A stretch of 63,025 nucleotides of DNA, filler included, from Stramenopiles sp. TOSAG23-6 (GCA_900128565.1; 11 parts of 11 records of this genome joined end to end with filler, not necessarily neighbours in it), one strand, 5' to 3'; counted from the whole stretch's first letter, positions 26,110 through 38,566 are shown. The notes: generated by a model from the letters alone, not told the origin. A program made the numbers and translations.

Positions 26110-26745
26110 TTAGGGTTTAGGGTTTACTCTTTGTGATGGAACTTGGCTTGTTGGGAAAAATATACTCATTCGATCCTTTTTAGATGGGCATATTTTTGGT
26201 GGGCATGGAGGTACCTCAGGTTCTTTCTCCTTCAAAAGCAATTCATGTGCTTTCGACAACTCTTTGCTCTGGTCGAGGTAACTTTTATTTAGCTTTTCTT
26301 TCGCAGACGTTTCACGAGACAAGAATTGCTCTAATTGTTCGACTCTTCTTTGTAAAGTATTTATTTTCAAATATAATTCAGACATTTCTGCATCGTGGAA
26401 CTTTCTTAGATCCTCTTGCTGAATTTTGGACGTTTTGCGAAATAAATACAGCTCAGTCTCACAAGCTTCGGCGCGTGATATAGCTTTATTCTTTTCCGTA
26501 GTTATAGCCACGTTTTTTTTACGTAAATTCCTTAGTTCCGCTTCAACTGAGAGCAGGTGGGTTTGAAGCTGTTTTTCGGAACGATCTGCGCGAGAATAAA
26601 ATCGCCGAAGAGTCTCTACCGTCCCTCTTTCGCGAACTAAGTCCTCGGCTAGAATGATATTTTCGTCAATGAGCTTTGCTTGCTCCATACGACTGCGGAC
26701 TCTGGCATTTACGTTGTTGCCATCTCCAAGGCGACGATTTATCAT
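26110..26745 (-). CDS. Coiled-coil hypothetical protein
   Basis: 211-aa ORF rich in E/K/L/R heptads. Confidence 0.7.
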   Translation of the reverse strand: MINRRLGDGNNVNARVRSRMEQAKLIDENIILAEDLVRERGTVETLRRFYSRADRSEKQLQTHLLSVEAELRNLRKKNVAITTEKNKAISRAEACETELYLFRKTSKIQQEDLRKFHDAEMSELYLKINTLQRRVEQLEQFLSRETSAKEKLNKSYLDQSKELSKAHELLLKEKEPEVPPCPPKICPSKKDRMSIFFPTSQVPSQRVNPKP

Positions 26746-27036
26746 GATCTCAATAAGGAAACTACTTCAAAGAAGAATATAGCCATCCATTAGAAATTAT
26801 TTTGCATGAAATGCCTTTTTTTCTACCCTTTGGTGGTTCATGCTTGCGATTCTATTGTTGTACTAAATATTAATGCTTTGTACAATCTCTACCCTGTTTA
26901 GGATAGCTGCTACAAACTGTAGTCCTACTAGCTACAGAAGCGTTAATATCCGTTAGCTACGTCCGTTAGAATTTTGAGATCTTCTTCTTTCTTCTCTTTC
27001 CAGAGGAGAGCGCTTACAGATAGATTCAGGGTTCTT

Positions 27037-28628
27037 ATGGCAAGAATGTATGATAGTTTAGGCTTTTGTTTTATCCACATTGATGGTCTGGAAAATATTC
27101 CAGTATCTTCGCTTGAATTCTTAGAGTCTTTTAAAGATGGTATTTTTGTCGACGTTCGTTGGGGAAATGCCTCTTCTGAAAATGAGCAAACTACTCTTAG
27201 TCATTGTAGTTGTGGGCACATAAAATGGGATACGGATATTATACTTGACAAACCAACACAACAGCAAGATCCAAAAAGTATTCGGTTTAGTCTATGGGCA
27301 TATCGTGAAGGCTTTAAAGCCTCTGAATGTTTAGCATTTCACGAGTTTATTTTCCCTGATAAACCGAAAGTTTCAGTACAATACGATTTACGACACACAA
27401 TGGTACTTTTAAAAAATAGTGCCATAGTAGGCAACTTTACTGCTGTTTGTACTCTATTTACCACTCGAGAGATTGCGAAAATGGTATGTACAACTTCAAT
27501 TTTTGAAAGGGAGACAATACAAAAAAGCAAAAATGAAGTCGAAATAGAAACAAATTTACTGAATAGCGTACAGTCCGACGACGCTAAAGCCACAAAAAAT
27601 CTTATACAAAATATCAGAGAATTTAAAAATGAAAAAAGAGTGAATAACCTAATGTTGGATTATTCAGTAAAACATCCAGATGAACCAAGGCTATTCGAAG
27701 ACTACGAGTTTCTTGATTCCACGCAACTTGACGATTTTCGAAAAAAAATGAGCAGAAAAGATTTTATTCATCAAATTATGTATGTTTTACTTTTTTTCAA
27801 ATTCGATTTTTTTTTGTACGCAATTTTGTACCTAACGAGTTTTTTTTTGAAATATTTTTCTACAATACATAGGAACTGGAAAAATGAGAGAAAAAATGGG
27901 TTTAAAATTTAGAAGGAATAAATATCCTGAAGATTCGTGAACTTCAAAAGGATAAACAGAAGCAAAGTGAATTTGACAATATGTCAGACACTATAAACAC
28001 ATTGCCAATGAAATTTTTACCTAACAATATGTCAATGACAACAACACGGAATTTTTCTGACAAAGAGGATAAACATGAAAATATAAAACATACATTATAC
28101 GATCCACCACCACTGCTTAATCCAAGTGACATCGTTCGCAAAGAGGATAAACGTGAAAATATAAAACATACATTATACGATCCACCACCACTGCTTAATT
28201 CAAGTGACATCGATTCTTCATTAGATAAGAAAAGTAGTCGTATTCAAAGAAAATCTGATAGTATTTATAGAAATCAAATGTTTGTTCTACAAGACGAATT
28301 TCAGTATTCAAGGCGTCCTAAAAAACTAACTCTAACAGATGCAACAGATAAAAGTAAAGCAAATGCTGCTTTGATGCTAAAGAATACGAACGAAAAGTTG
28401 AATACATATAAAAGTGAGATTTTCCCACAGAATCTTTTTGAAAATCAACAAATAGACTGTATCAAAGCCCTTGGTCGCATTGGCAATCATACTAATAGTG
28501 CTAACAAAACTTTCTCTTGGAAACCTTCAAAAATCCTTCGAGAAAAACTTGTGAAACTATCCGCGACTGAATTAAAGATTGTCCAGAATCTGATGAACGA
28601 AAATTTGAAAGAAAGCAAAACCTCATAA
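27037..28628 (+). CDS. Hypothetical protein with N-terminal C2-like domain
   Basis: IFVDVRWG...IKWDTDIIL...IRFSLW; intron 27780-27870; needs a 1-nt frameshift near 27904 to join ORF 27981-28628. Confidence 0.5.
27780..27870 (+). mobile_element. Introner-like intron, GT...AT, 91 nt
   Basis: AT|GTATGT...GTACCTAAC...TCTACAATACAT|; near-consensus copy; an AG lies 2 nt downstream. Confidence 0.75.
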
Positions 28629-28674
28629 TAAACTTATTCAAAACATTATTAAACTTTATATACAAATACAACAT

Positions 28675-31003
28675 TCATGCAATATCAACGTCATTCTCTT
28701 TCACCTCAATACTTCTGGGTTCCTTATTTTTTATTGATGTATTATCATTGGGTGCTTCTTTTTCACCATTGTTCATAGTAGGGCCAATCAAAGAGAGCAA
28801 AACAGGAAAGAGGACGAGACCAAAAAGGGCCCCTAAAATAATTATACTAACAAACATTTTGAAGAATGTTCTAAACACATTACTTGATGCTAAAATGCAT
28901 GGCATAATCCCCAGAAATGAAGTTTCTACCCCTAGCAAGACAGAAGGACCAATTTCAACCATAGTATTGATAACCCTCTCATTTCTTGATATCGAGTGAT
29001 CTTGGAGGGTGTAGCAGTGAACAATGTGAGCGCTGTAGTCAACTACGATTCCTATGGCCATAACTAAATTAATGGCTGTTATGGAGTTAAGCTCTAGGTT
29101 CCAGAGTGGTAACATTCCTACAAGACAAACATCAATCATTCCCATGACTAATCCAACAAGAAGAATCAACACTGGGTCTGATAAAATAACCGTAGAAATA
29201 AGAACAACAGCTGTAAGACATAGAGCAAAATTGGTATACAGTTCCTTGCGTATAATCCGAAATTGATCAAAAAATGCATACGGATATGTATATATGAGCA
29301 CTTTATTCCCGAGACTACTTTTATCGACGAATTCTTGTGTCTGTATCATTGCATCCACCTGTTCATCACTTGTTTCTAGTGAAACATGATATGCAAATGC
29401 TTGACTAGCAGTAATTGTGCAAGTCGTCGTACAATCTTTAGGGCTAAATATGATATTACTTTTAAATCTTTCGTAGAGAGGCTCCTTCAAAAAGGCTTTC
29501 ACAGCAGTAGTGAATGTTTTACCTGTGACAAAATTTTTGGTCCCAACAGTTTCTATGTTTGCAGAGTATGCAGGATTTTTCAAAGCCCATATTGTGAACG
29601 CTGAATGCCAGTCATCAACTCCTGCATCTGCCCATACGAAGGAAAGCTTGAGTACATCCTCTGAAATTCGACTCATTTCAGCCTGTACAGCTGCATTCTC
29701 ATAGTCAATATCTTTGTAGTATATACCAAAAGGAACATTTGAAGCTAACTTTCCAAAGAGTGGATCACTTGTATTTATCATATCTCGCACATAGCTCTTG
29801 TCTGGTGTGAGATCAATTAGCTCGAATCCAGTTGTTACATTTGAAACACCATATGCAGCCAAACTAATCATACCTACAAATGAGATTATTACTATAATTT
29901 TAACCACAGGTTTCATCAAGAAATGAGAGTATACCTTCATGAATTTTCTAGTACGACTTGCTTTTCTTTCGAAAATTTTATTTGGTGTGTTCGGTCTATT
30001 TTCATTTTGTTGTTGTTCAATTGGCTCAGCATCCCCCGAGTTTGTTATTTTAACATGATTTTTGAAGCAACATATACAATCGAACCTTTGGCTTTGCTTT
30101 CTTGATTCGTCAATCGCAATCATAGCGGGAAAGCAAACTAAGTGAAAAACGTAAATATAGACTATGCTGAAGGCTGCATACACACAAAAATACCTTATTG
30201 CTGGTAATGTTGTAGTCATTCCAAGAAAAAAAGCAACCACATCAGTGAGAGATGTCATTGTAATAGACATCCCGCAACGATGGTATGCTTTTTTGATACG
30301 TTCTTCGACAGGTTGCTTTAGAAGTGTATTATCAAAAGCATTCGTAACAACAAAACTATCATCGACGCCAATAGCAATTAAAACAAATGGGAGAATAGCT
30401 GTCAACTGAGTAAATGGGACTTGAAGAATCATTGAAGTACCATATCCAGCAAGCATAGCTAGTGTTACCATGAAAACACTGCTACTAGCTAAAGCTACAC
30501 GGCCATTTATTTTTTCACAAACTTTACCTAAATTAATTTGAGCAAAAATAACCATTCTGTCATGTCATAAAAATATGTCAAATTCGAAAATTATCAGGGT
30601 ACGAAATTTTCTGAAAAAAAAATGAAATCAATGATGAAAACCTACATAATAATTGCAGCAACGAAAAGATGAATATCCAAACTTACACCACGAGCTAACT
30701 CGTCGTCAATGGATCTGAATAGCGAAATATCTAATCGTATGTACTTGTATGGGGATTGAATGACAAGCTGGGTATCAGAATTTACAAATGTGTTTCTCAA
30801 CTCACTCTCCAAATTCATTAAAACTGCGTCAGAGTTCTCTATTTCACCTTGGAGTCTTATAATTACCCGTAGTCCGTTTGAGACGACACCTCCTGTATTT
30901 TTATCAACAGTAAAATTAGCCATGATTCGTTTCTGCTGAACTGGTTCGGTTCCCCCAGTATCTGGGTAAAACGCAACACTTGCTTGCTTTTGCGTAGCTA
31001 AAT
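28675..31003 (-). CDS. Patched/NPC1-family sterol-sensing RND membrane protein, 5'-partial
   Basis: PFVLIAIGVDDSF, GMSITMTSLTD, MAIGIVVDYSAH; exons 31003-30646 and 30556-28675. Confidence 0.92.
30557..30645 (-). other. Diverged family intron with canonical GT...AG ends, 89 nt
   Basis: GTAGGT...AAATTTCGTACCCTGAT...ATATTTTTATGACATGACAG; joins AAIII-MVIF. Confidence 0.85.
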
Positions 31004-31157
31004 NNNNNNNNNNNNNNNNNNNNNNNNNNNNNNNNNNNNNNNNNNNNTTAATTAATTAANNNNNNNNNNNNNNNNNNNNNNNNNNNNNNNNNNNNNNNNN
31101 NNNGTACGAAATTTTGTACCTAACGATTTTTTTTTGAAATATTTTTCCAAAATACAT

Positions 31158-34100
31158 GATACAATAAAATATCTGAGGAAATTTGGTCAAGCTACTGAGT
31201 ATGAAACACTACTTACAGAAAATGAATACGATAATTCTTTTTGTAGAAAGCTTTTACAAAATGAATACGATAATTCTTTTTGTAGAAAGCTTTTACAAAA
31301 CGGAGAACAATGTGGTCTTCTTCCTCAACATATAATTATGTTATCTGATTTCATCTCTGGTGTTTTCGTTTCTCATAGAACTCAGCGAAATATGTTTGTT
31401 TTATTTTTTTTCAAATTCGAAATTTTTTTCGTACGAAATTTTGTACCTAACGATATTTTTTTTGAAATATTTTTCCAAAATACATGCAGTCTATGATTAT
31501 CAAATGTATTTGTTTGTATGCTTCACCTAGAGTCCTCGGTATCGAATCATTAGGTTTAGTATTGCGCCAAATAGATGTAAGTATACTTTGGCAAAATAGA
31601 ATTCAACTTAAGACATGGTTTCTTTCCTGTGAAAGCACACCTCGAATTATTTTTGATATTCGTTCTGTTGTAAATGGATTTTGTGAAAGTACAAATCCAA
31701 ATCAATCAAATGACAATTTTTCATTTTCGGAGTTTTCAGGGATTTTTGGTAATTTCAAAATATCTGATTATATTCTTGAAAATTGTGAGAAAAATGTATT
31801 TTCTAGAAAAGAAGATGAAACTGCAATGCGCCAAGCATTTCATTTGCAAAAGACAAGAGATAAAGATTGTGGTACGACAATGATATCTTATGTATTTGCA
31901 TTACTTTTGATCATTGAAGATGAACATATAGTAGAAAATGTAAATATTGATCAAGAGTTTGTTATATTTGATTTATTGGGTGATATTGGATATGTTTTAT
32001 CAAATTTGTATAGGAGTTCTTACATAAGTAAACCAAAAGCAGCTCGTTGTCTCTCATTATTCAATGCAATATTTACATGTATGATGAAAAATGATGATTG
32101 TGTAAGTAAAGACATGAAATATCAAAGTTTATTGACTAAAGTACAAACTATCTTTATCAATTCCTGTGATAGCGTCATGTCTTATTGTACTCTTGAACTT
32201 GAAAGAAAATTGCCTGTCGTGCCAACATCTGAAGTAGATGTAGATTATCAGTGGCGTATACTGTGCTTGTCAGCAATAAAATGTATGACTAAAGTGTACC
32301 CATCAGATCCTCGTGTTTTACCAATTGCTGATTGCTTTTTGAAAAAGGCACTCTCAATTCTTCGTTCCTCAAATACATCAAACACTTCCGTACACAAAAC
32401 GATATCAAATACATGTCAAAATTTACCATTAGCAGTTGATATAATTCGTGCAGTACAAGACATAGAGTCTGTAGCCATGTGCAGAAGTAATTTTTGTTCT
32501 GCTGACGTCAGATTAATTATGGATAGCAAATGTGATATATTTTCATGTGCAACTGAACTAGATTTGACTAGGATTCCTTCAAAATTAACATCTATACATT
32601 TTTTTAAAAAATGGAAGATTTTAAGTATCATTATGGAAAGCTCAAATACTACGACTTTTACTACTTTAAATGGTGTCCTCGATTGTGTGATAAGTGTGAC
32701 TGAAGCAATTCAGACTTGTGGTTCAAAACCTGATATAGTCATATCTATATTGAAATGTGTTTCATCATCATTATTATATCTTTATGATAGTTCATTGAAT
32801 AGTGAAATGTCTATGGACCAAAGATCTATACAGTTAACAACAATAGTTTATAACTCATGGAAAGCTGTATTTGACTGCGAACGATGTACAACTGAAATAA
32901 TACAGACATATATAGAATGTATTTTTCAACCATTTTTGTTTCTCATTCCAAGTGCTAGAAAGGTATTACTTGATGAATTTAAAAGAATTACAAATGTTTG
33001 TGGCCCGAAAAGTAATCGAGGATCGGGAGATCGACCATTACTACTCAGATCATTAGTTGCTCAATGTTGTAAAGTTTGGTCGTTTTCGTATCGGCATTTA
33101 GAAACAGCTAATGAATTTCTGGATCCATTGATAAACATTTGTTTAACGAATGAATTCTCAAAGGATAATTCTCATTCGAAGACAGAAAAAATACCAAAAA
33201 TGGAAATGGCTCGTTGTGTTGTTTTGGTTTTTCTTGATCAATTGATGAACCGATGTTCAAATGACGTACATAACAAATGTAGTAAAAAATTTGCAAAAAC
33301 TGCTTCTTTATTTCTGGATTCAATGATATTGAAATTACTAGACGTAAACTTCCAGCCAAAGCATATTTTTGAAGCGTCAAAACTTCGCCCTGGTAATCCT
33401 CAACAAATGGAAAAACTTCGATGTTGGCAGACATTATGTATGTTATCTAAACATTTGCCTGATGTTTCAAATGTTGGCAAAGAATTGGATAATCATAGCA
33501 ATGTACGTCTAGATTTTATTCAAAATGTTCATAATCGATTATGGAGATGTGTTTTACAGAATAATGATTCAAATGTACGACATCAAATTGAAATGTTTGC
33601 TTGTATAGCTACTGTCCGAACTCCTCAAATTGTTCTTGATGATATCTTACTCTTGGAATTATCTGATACAAATCAACCTGTAGGATGTTTGTGTTCATAT
33701 GTAATTGTTGGTTATGTAGCTGTAAAATATCTTGATAAAGAGCATCCACTTAGAGTAATATTTATACCAAATTTTGTTAAGAAACTGATCCCTCTTTTGT
33801 CTTGTGTTGATGGGATTTTACGTACCTTATCCCAAGCAGTTGTTTCATACGTATTAAATGCCACAAAAGCTACCTTTGATGATTTTGTTTGTGAAGAACT
33901 TTTAGGATATTTCAAAGCAAATAAAAAAGCATCAAGTATGATTGAAAGACAATTGAAAACGCTTCAAGCCTATGATCCTAAATGTTGTTTTAGTCTCAGT
34001 AGACTTTTGTCAGTTGAAGATCCCTATACAAGTGAAGGTGATATCATTCCCATTTCACTTATTGAACGGATAAAATCGACAATGTTAAATACATTTATAG

Positions 34101-35144
34101 TATTTGATCAACTGGAAAAGGAAAATATTGTACATTCAGAAATTCGAAGTAAAACTATACAAAATGACATATACAATTATTCTAAACAAATCCTTATTGA
34201 TCATCCTATTCAAAACAAAAAAACAAACGAAATAAAAACTGAATTAATTGATGTTTTTACACAAAGAAAAATTGTTCCTTGGGAAGTGATGGAATCATAT
34301 AATAATGATTTGATAAAAAAATCAATATGTATGTTTTATTTTTGTTTCAATTTCGAATTTATTTTTCGTACTAAATTTTTTACCTAACGAATGTTTTTTT
34401 GAAATATTTTTCCAAAATACATATACTGCAAAAAGAAAACAAAAGATAATAATAGTTGCCAGTTTGATAGATAAAATTCCAAATCTTGCTGGATTAACAC
34501 GTACATGTGAAATATTTCAAGCGGAACAATTGATATTACCAAACATGAAGTGCACGAAATCAAAAGGTTTTAAGCAGATTTCTGCTTCAGCCGATACCTG
34601 GATAAATGTACGTTTTCATTTCATTTCAAATTTATTTTTTTTGATACGAAATTTTGTACCTAAACAAAAAAAAAAAAAAAAAAAAGATTGAAATTCGATG
34701 TTTGTTTTTGTTTTAATTGTAATATTATAATTCATTTGAATTCATTTCAAATTTATTTTTTTTTCCGTAAAACTTTTTTTGTTTTTGTTTTTGTACCTAA
34801 CAAAAAAAATAGAATGAAAAATATTTTTCACAATATAAACCAAAGCTATTCCTCCTGGTGTTCAACTTCACAATTTTTTAAATAAAAAACGGAGTGAAGG
34901 ATACAATATTATTGGCTTGGAACAGACTTCAACTAGTCAATGTATTACAGAATATAAATTTCCTGAACAGACAGTATTAATTCTAGGCATGGAAGGTAAG
35001 GGCGTTCCTGCAGAGTATCTAAAAAATGTTGATGCATGTATTGAAATTCCTCAGTTAGGAATCATTCGATCTTTAAATGTTCATGTAAGTGGCGCAATAC
35101 TTTTGTGGGAATACACTAGGCAACGTATCGTAAATTCCGATTAA
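31158..35144 (+). CDS. TARBP1: tRNA (guanosine-18 2'-O)-methyltransferase, SpoU family, 5'-partial
   Basis: IIVASLIDKIPNLAGLTRTCE, IGLEQT, LILGMEGKGVP, IEIPQLGIIRSLNVHVSGA. Exons 31158-31393, 31486-34328, 34423-34607, 34839-35144. Confidence 0.9.
31394..31485 (+). mobile_element. Introner-like intron, GT...AT, 92 nt
   Basis: AT|GTTTGT...CCAAAATACAT|G; the nearest AG is out of phase. Confidence 0.85.
34329..34422 (+). mobile_element. Introner-like intron, GT...AT, 94 nt
   Basis: Restores frame and keeps KIIIVASLIDK; the first in-phase AG would delete part of the conserved strand. Confidence 0.9.
34608..34838 (+). mobile_element. Introner-like intron with duplicated core, GT...AA, 231 nt
   Basis: Gives W-I-N-T-K-A-I-P-P, the same spacing as TARBP1 W-L-P-L-V-E-V-K-P as I recall it. 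Confidence 0.8.
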
Positions 35145-35198
35145 GGTTAATCAGTAAAGGTTATGCAAGTTATTTTTCTTATATATATATTCGTTTTG

Positions 35199-35519
35199 TC
35201 AGTCATATAACCCTTCCGCCTCCCACGTGTCAACTAAGACATCAATCAGTTGGGATAGCGGGATTGGTGCAGAAAATTTTCTATCCGGAGATTTAGAGTA
35301 TAATGTTTCTAGAATGTCTTCCGTTTTGACGGTTGATGTTCTTTTCACAACAGGTGGTTCGTGTCTGATGGACTTGTCTAGAGACCAATCCTGCCTCAGA
35401 CTGTTCCAACTTGAAACGCCTACTTTACTCTGGGTAGTCTGATCTTGAGCTACGTTTGTGTTTGACGAAGGATTCAAGCTTTTTGTTTCCATTCTTTCAG
35501 TTTTTGCATTATTATTCAT
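35199..35519 (-). CDS. DUF4050 / Gag1-like clamp family protein
   Basis: WNSLRQDW...PIPLSQLIDVLVDTWEAEGLYD. Confidence 0.8.
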   Translation of the reverse strand: MNNNAKTERMETKSLNPSSNTNVAQDQTTQSKVGVSSWNSLRQDWSLDKSIRHEPPVVKRTSTVKTEDILETLYSKSPDRKFSAPIPLSQLIDVLVDTWEAEGLYD

Positions 35520-35689
35520 ATTATGCTATTGGAAAACTAGAAAATGCGAGAAGAGCAAAGTCTTAGCCCTATACTGTCAGTCTTGACTAATTTGCTCAAA
35601 AATGACAGCAAAAAAAAAAGGTCAAGTTGATTCCCGAAAAATCAACAAAACACATTCTCATCATTTTATACGTAATTTTTTGTGTTTAA

Positions 35690-36478
35690 ATGGAATCCCC
35701 AACAGTGTCACTAGATTTATGCGTGGGGAAGCCTGCACCATATTATGTGCCTGATATAGAAAACTTGAGTAATCCTGACCTTATTTTTATGGCTCGTTTG
35801 GCAGAGCAGTGTGACCGTTACGAAGATATGATTTCATATATGAATCGCGTAGCAGAATCTAAGGGAACGTTGGACGTAGAAGAGCGTAATTTATTTTCTG
35901 TTGCGTATAAAAATGTAGCAGGTGGTCAACGTGCATCATGGCGTATATTGACTTCCTTATTGGATGCGAGTGAGAAAGACTGGGAGGTTGGTGCGTTATT
36001 AAGCTACAAAACATCTGTAGGAGACGAATTGGATAAAGTATGTGACCGTGTAACATCTTTACTTCAAAGTGTGCTTATTCCCTCTGCAGTAATGCCGGAG
36101 GAAAAACTTTTTTATTTTAAAATGTGTGCCGACTATAAGCGTTACCAATCCGAAATCGTAAAGAGTACTTCAGAGAGAGGCATTGAAATAATATCATCAG
36201 CAAGAAAATTTTATGAAGAAGCAAAATCAGTTTCAGTTGAGTCAAAGTTACAACCTACTTCCCCCATGGTCTTGGGGCTGGCATTAAATATGTCTGTATT
36301 TCAGTATGAAATCATCAATGACGCAGAAGAAGCTTGTCGAATAGCAAGAGAAAGTTTCGACGCGGCTGTGTCGGAATTAGATACTCTCGAAGAGTGTTCG
36401 TACAAAGATGCAACCCTAATCATGCAACTATTACGTGATAATTTAACTTTATGGACTGAAGAACAACAAAGTATATGA
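35690..36478 (+). CDS. 14-3-3 protein
   Basis: ARLAEQCDRYEDM, ERNLFSVAYKN, SYKDATLIMQLLRDNLTLWT; intronless. Confidence 0.97.
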   Translation: MESPTVSLDLCVGKPAPYYVPDIENLSNPDLIFMARLAEQCDRYEDMISYMNRVAESKGTLDVEERNLFSVAYKNVAGGQRASWRILTSLLDASEKDWEVGALLSYKTSVGDELDKVCDRVTSLLQSVLIPSAVMPEEKLFYFKMCADYKRYQSEIVKSTSERGIEIISSARKFYEEAKSVSVESKLQPTSPMVLGLALNMSVFQYEIINDAEEACRIARESFDAAVSELDTLEECSYKDATLIMQLLRDNLTLWTEEQQSI

Positions 36479-36550
36479 TATTTTTCAAGTTTATGATACA
36501 TAAAATAAGTATAATATGGTAGTTATGTTACTCTTAATTAATTAACGCTA

Positions 36551-37132
36551 TCACCAACAACCAAAACGATATTGCAACTTAGCAAGATTTTCCTTTACTT
36601 GGCTTTTACCGACCGTTGTAGCAAATTGAAGTAATTTTTTTGCTCGCCTTTTCAAATCTGAATTTTGGATTAAAAAGCGACTTCGATATTTTCCTAATTT
36701 ATGATTTCTTTCAGCTCGATCATAAAAATCACAAAATTTATTTACATCAAACTCAAACATTTTAATCGTGTCAGTACTACTTATACTACCATTACTGATA
36801 CCGTTACTAATGACTTCACAACTCTTTCTTGAAGCCGAGGCACTACTTGCCCTTTTTCGTTGAGATATTGAACTTTTTTTATTTGCCCGTTGAGATATTG
36901 AACTTTTTTTATTTGCCCGTTGAGATATTGAACTTTTAGAACTTTTTATTCTTTCATTTTCGGTTATACAATTAGATATTCTATTTTTTCTGTTAGGAGG
37001 ATGAGATTTTAATGATGAATTTCCATTAGTAAATTGCAATACTTCTTCTTTCGAGTAAATTCCGTCACCATCTTTATCAATAAACGAAAACTGATCTCTA
37101 ACTTTTTCCGTATCAACACTTGAAAAACCTGC
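36551..37132 (-). CDS. EF-hand-containing protein, last exon
   Basis: DKDGDGIYSKEE loop; follows an intron tail ending CAT at 37133. Confidence 0.65.
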   Translation of the reverse strand, partial: AGFSSVDTEKVRDQFSFIDKDGDGIYSKEEVLQFTNGNSSLKSHPPNRKNRISNCITENERIKSSKSSISQRANKKSSISQRANKKSSISQRKRASSASASRKSCEVISNGISNGSISSTDTIKMFEFDVNKFCDFYDRAERNHKLGKYRSRFLIQNSDLKRRAKKLLQFATTVGKSQVKENLAKLQYRFGCW

Positions 37133-37362
37133 ATGTACTTTGGAAAAATATTTCAAAAGAAAATCGTTAGGTACAAATTTTCGTACGAAAAATAAATTCG
37201 AAATTGAAAAAAAANNNNNNNNNNNNNNNNNNNNNNNNNNNNNNNNNNNNNNNNNNNNTTAATTAATTAANNNNNNNNNNNNNNNNNNNNNNNNNNNNNN
37301 NNNNNNNNNNNNNNATTTTGTACCTAACAAAAACAAATTTGAAATATTTTTCCAAAATACAT

Positions 37363-38406
37363 AATATTGATCAGAGATCGCCAGTGTTTCTTCAATTTCT
37401 TGATTGTACTTGGCAATTAACACAACAATATCCTTGTGCGTTTGAATTTTCTCCCGCAATGCTTCTTACTATTGCTCATCATTTACATTCGTGTAGATTT
37501 GGAACATTTTTAGGAAATTGTGAACGGGATAGGTATGAATTATTGTTACCAAGAAGAACAAAAAGTCTTTGGGACTATCTTGGAGCAAATGATGGTCCTG
37601 ATGTTGTCAGTAAAACACCAAATGAACCTTCATCTATTTCTGGTTTTACAAATACGAATAATACAAATGATAAACATGTATATAAAGAAAATCCACAAGT
37701 GAGAGCTGCAAGAATAGCATTATTTCGTAATCCGTTTTACGACAAAAAAACAAAATCTTCTATACTTAATTCCGTACTTATTCCTCCAATGCCAGCATCT
37801 ATTCGAGCTGTTCGTTTATGGGATGAATATTTTCTGCGATGGACTGCACACCTACCATGTTCATCATTATCCGTGCCAGCAATGGCCGAACCACAATCAA
37901 ATGGTTCAGTTTTTTCTATCGCACGTTGCTCATATTCGGGTAATCCTGTACCAAAACATTCAAAAGGTACAAATAAAGGTACAAAAAATGATGATAATGC
38001 ACAAATGAGTTGGAATACGCCAACAGTGAATAATAGTATAGTAAATGATGAAGACGTAGTAAAACCTGTATTAGGATCTATTGGACGATGGGCGATGGAT
38101 ATGAAACAAAAACTACACAAAATGGAAGAATTGTTATTGAAGCATGGAATAGATCCAAATTTAGATGGTGAAAATGTTGATTACAGTCCAGTAGAGAAAA
38201 TATCAAGAAAAAGATTCGTATCAAGTGATTCACACAACGTTCAATCATATGGAACGGAACTGCCAAGTAGAAGAAAATCAATCAAAGAATCTGCAAGTGC
38301 TTCTGCGAGACGTTTAAGCGCAACCTCATCTAATGTGAAAAATAGTAAATCAATGAATTCTTTTGGGATAAAAAATATTACAGGGAATACTGAGGCATAT
38401 GTGTAG
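37363..38406 (+). CDS. Myotubularin-family phosphatase, last exon
   Basis: QRSPVFLQFLDCTWQLTQQYPCAFEF...HSCRFGTFLGNCERDR...TKSLW. Confidence 0.92.
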   Translation, partial: NIDQRSPVFLQFLDCTWQLTQQYPCAFEFSPAMLLTIAHHLHSCRFGTFLGNCERDRYELLLPRRTKSLWDYLGANDGPDVVSKTPNEPSSISGFTNTNNTNDKHVYKENPQVRAARIALFRNPFYDKKTKSSILNSVLIPPMPASIRAVRLWDEYFLRWTAHLPCSSLSVPAMAEPQSNGSVFSIARCSYSGNPVPKHSKGTNKGTKNDDNAQMSWNTPTVNNSIVNDEDVVKPVLGSIGRWAMDMKQKLHKMEELLLKHGIDPNLDGENVDYSPVEKISRKRFVSSDSHNVQSYGTELPSRRKSIKESASASARRLSATSSNVKNSKSMNSFGIKNITGNTEAYV

Positions 38407-38566
38407 GATCTCAATCGAAATATAATCAATTTATAAAAAAAATATTTAATTTCCTTCATATATATATATATATATTGGTATATCGAGTCTTTGTCCACGT
38501 CAGAACGCGAAACCTCTTTTACGGTATGTGAAAAAGGCGTAAAAATAATATAGATAATCACATCTC

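Noticed and set aside
34327-34420. Classical U12-type AT-AC introns
   Set aside because: No RTATCCTT donor or TTCCTTAAC branch; the branch lies about 30-50 nt from the end; several copies are preceded by CT, TT, AA or GT rather than AT. The AT...AC reading arises from the 2-bp duplication.
31158-35144. Genes are MITE-disrupted pseudogenes
   Set aside because: Inserts follow gene orientation, carry donor and branch motifs, excise cleanly in frame, and the exons show no decay.
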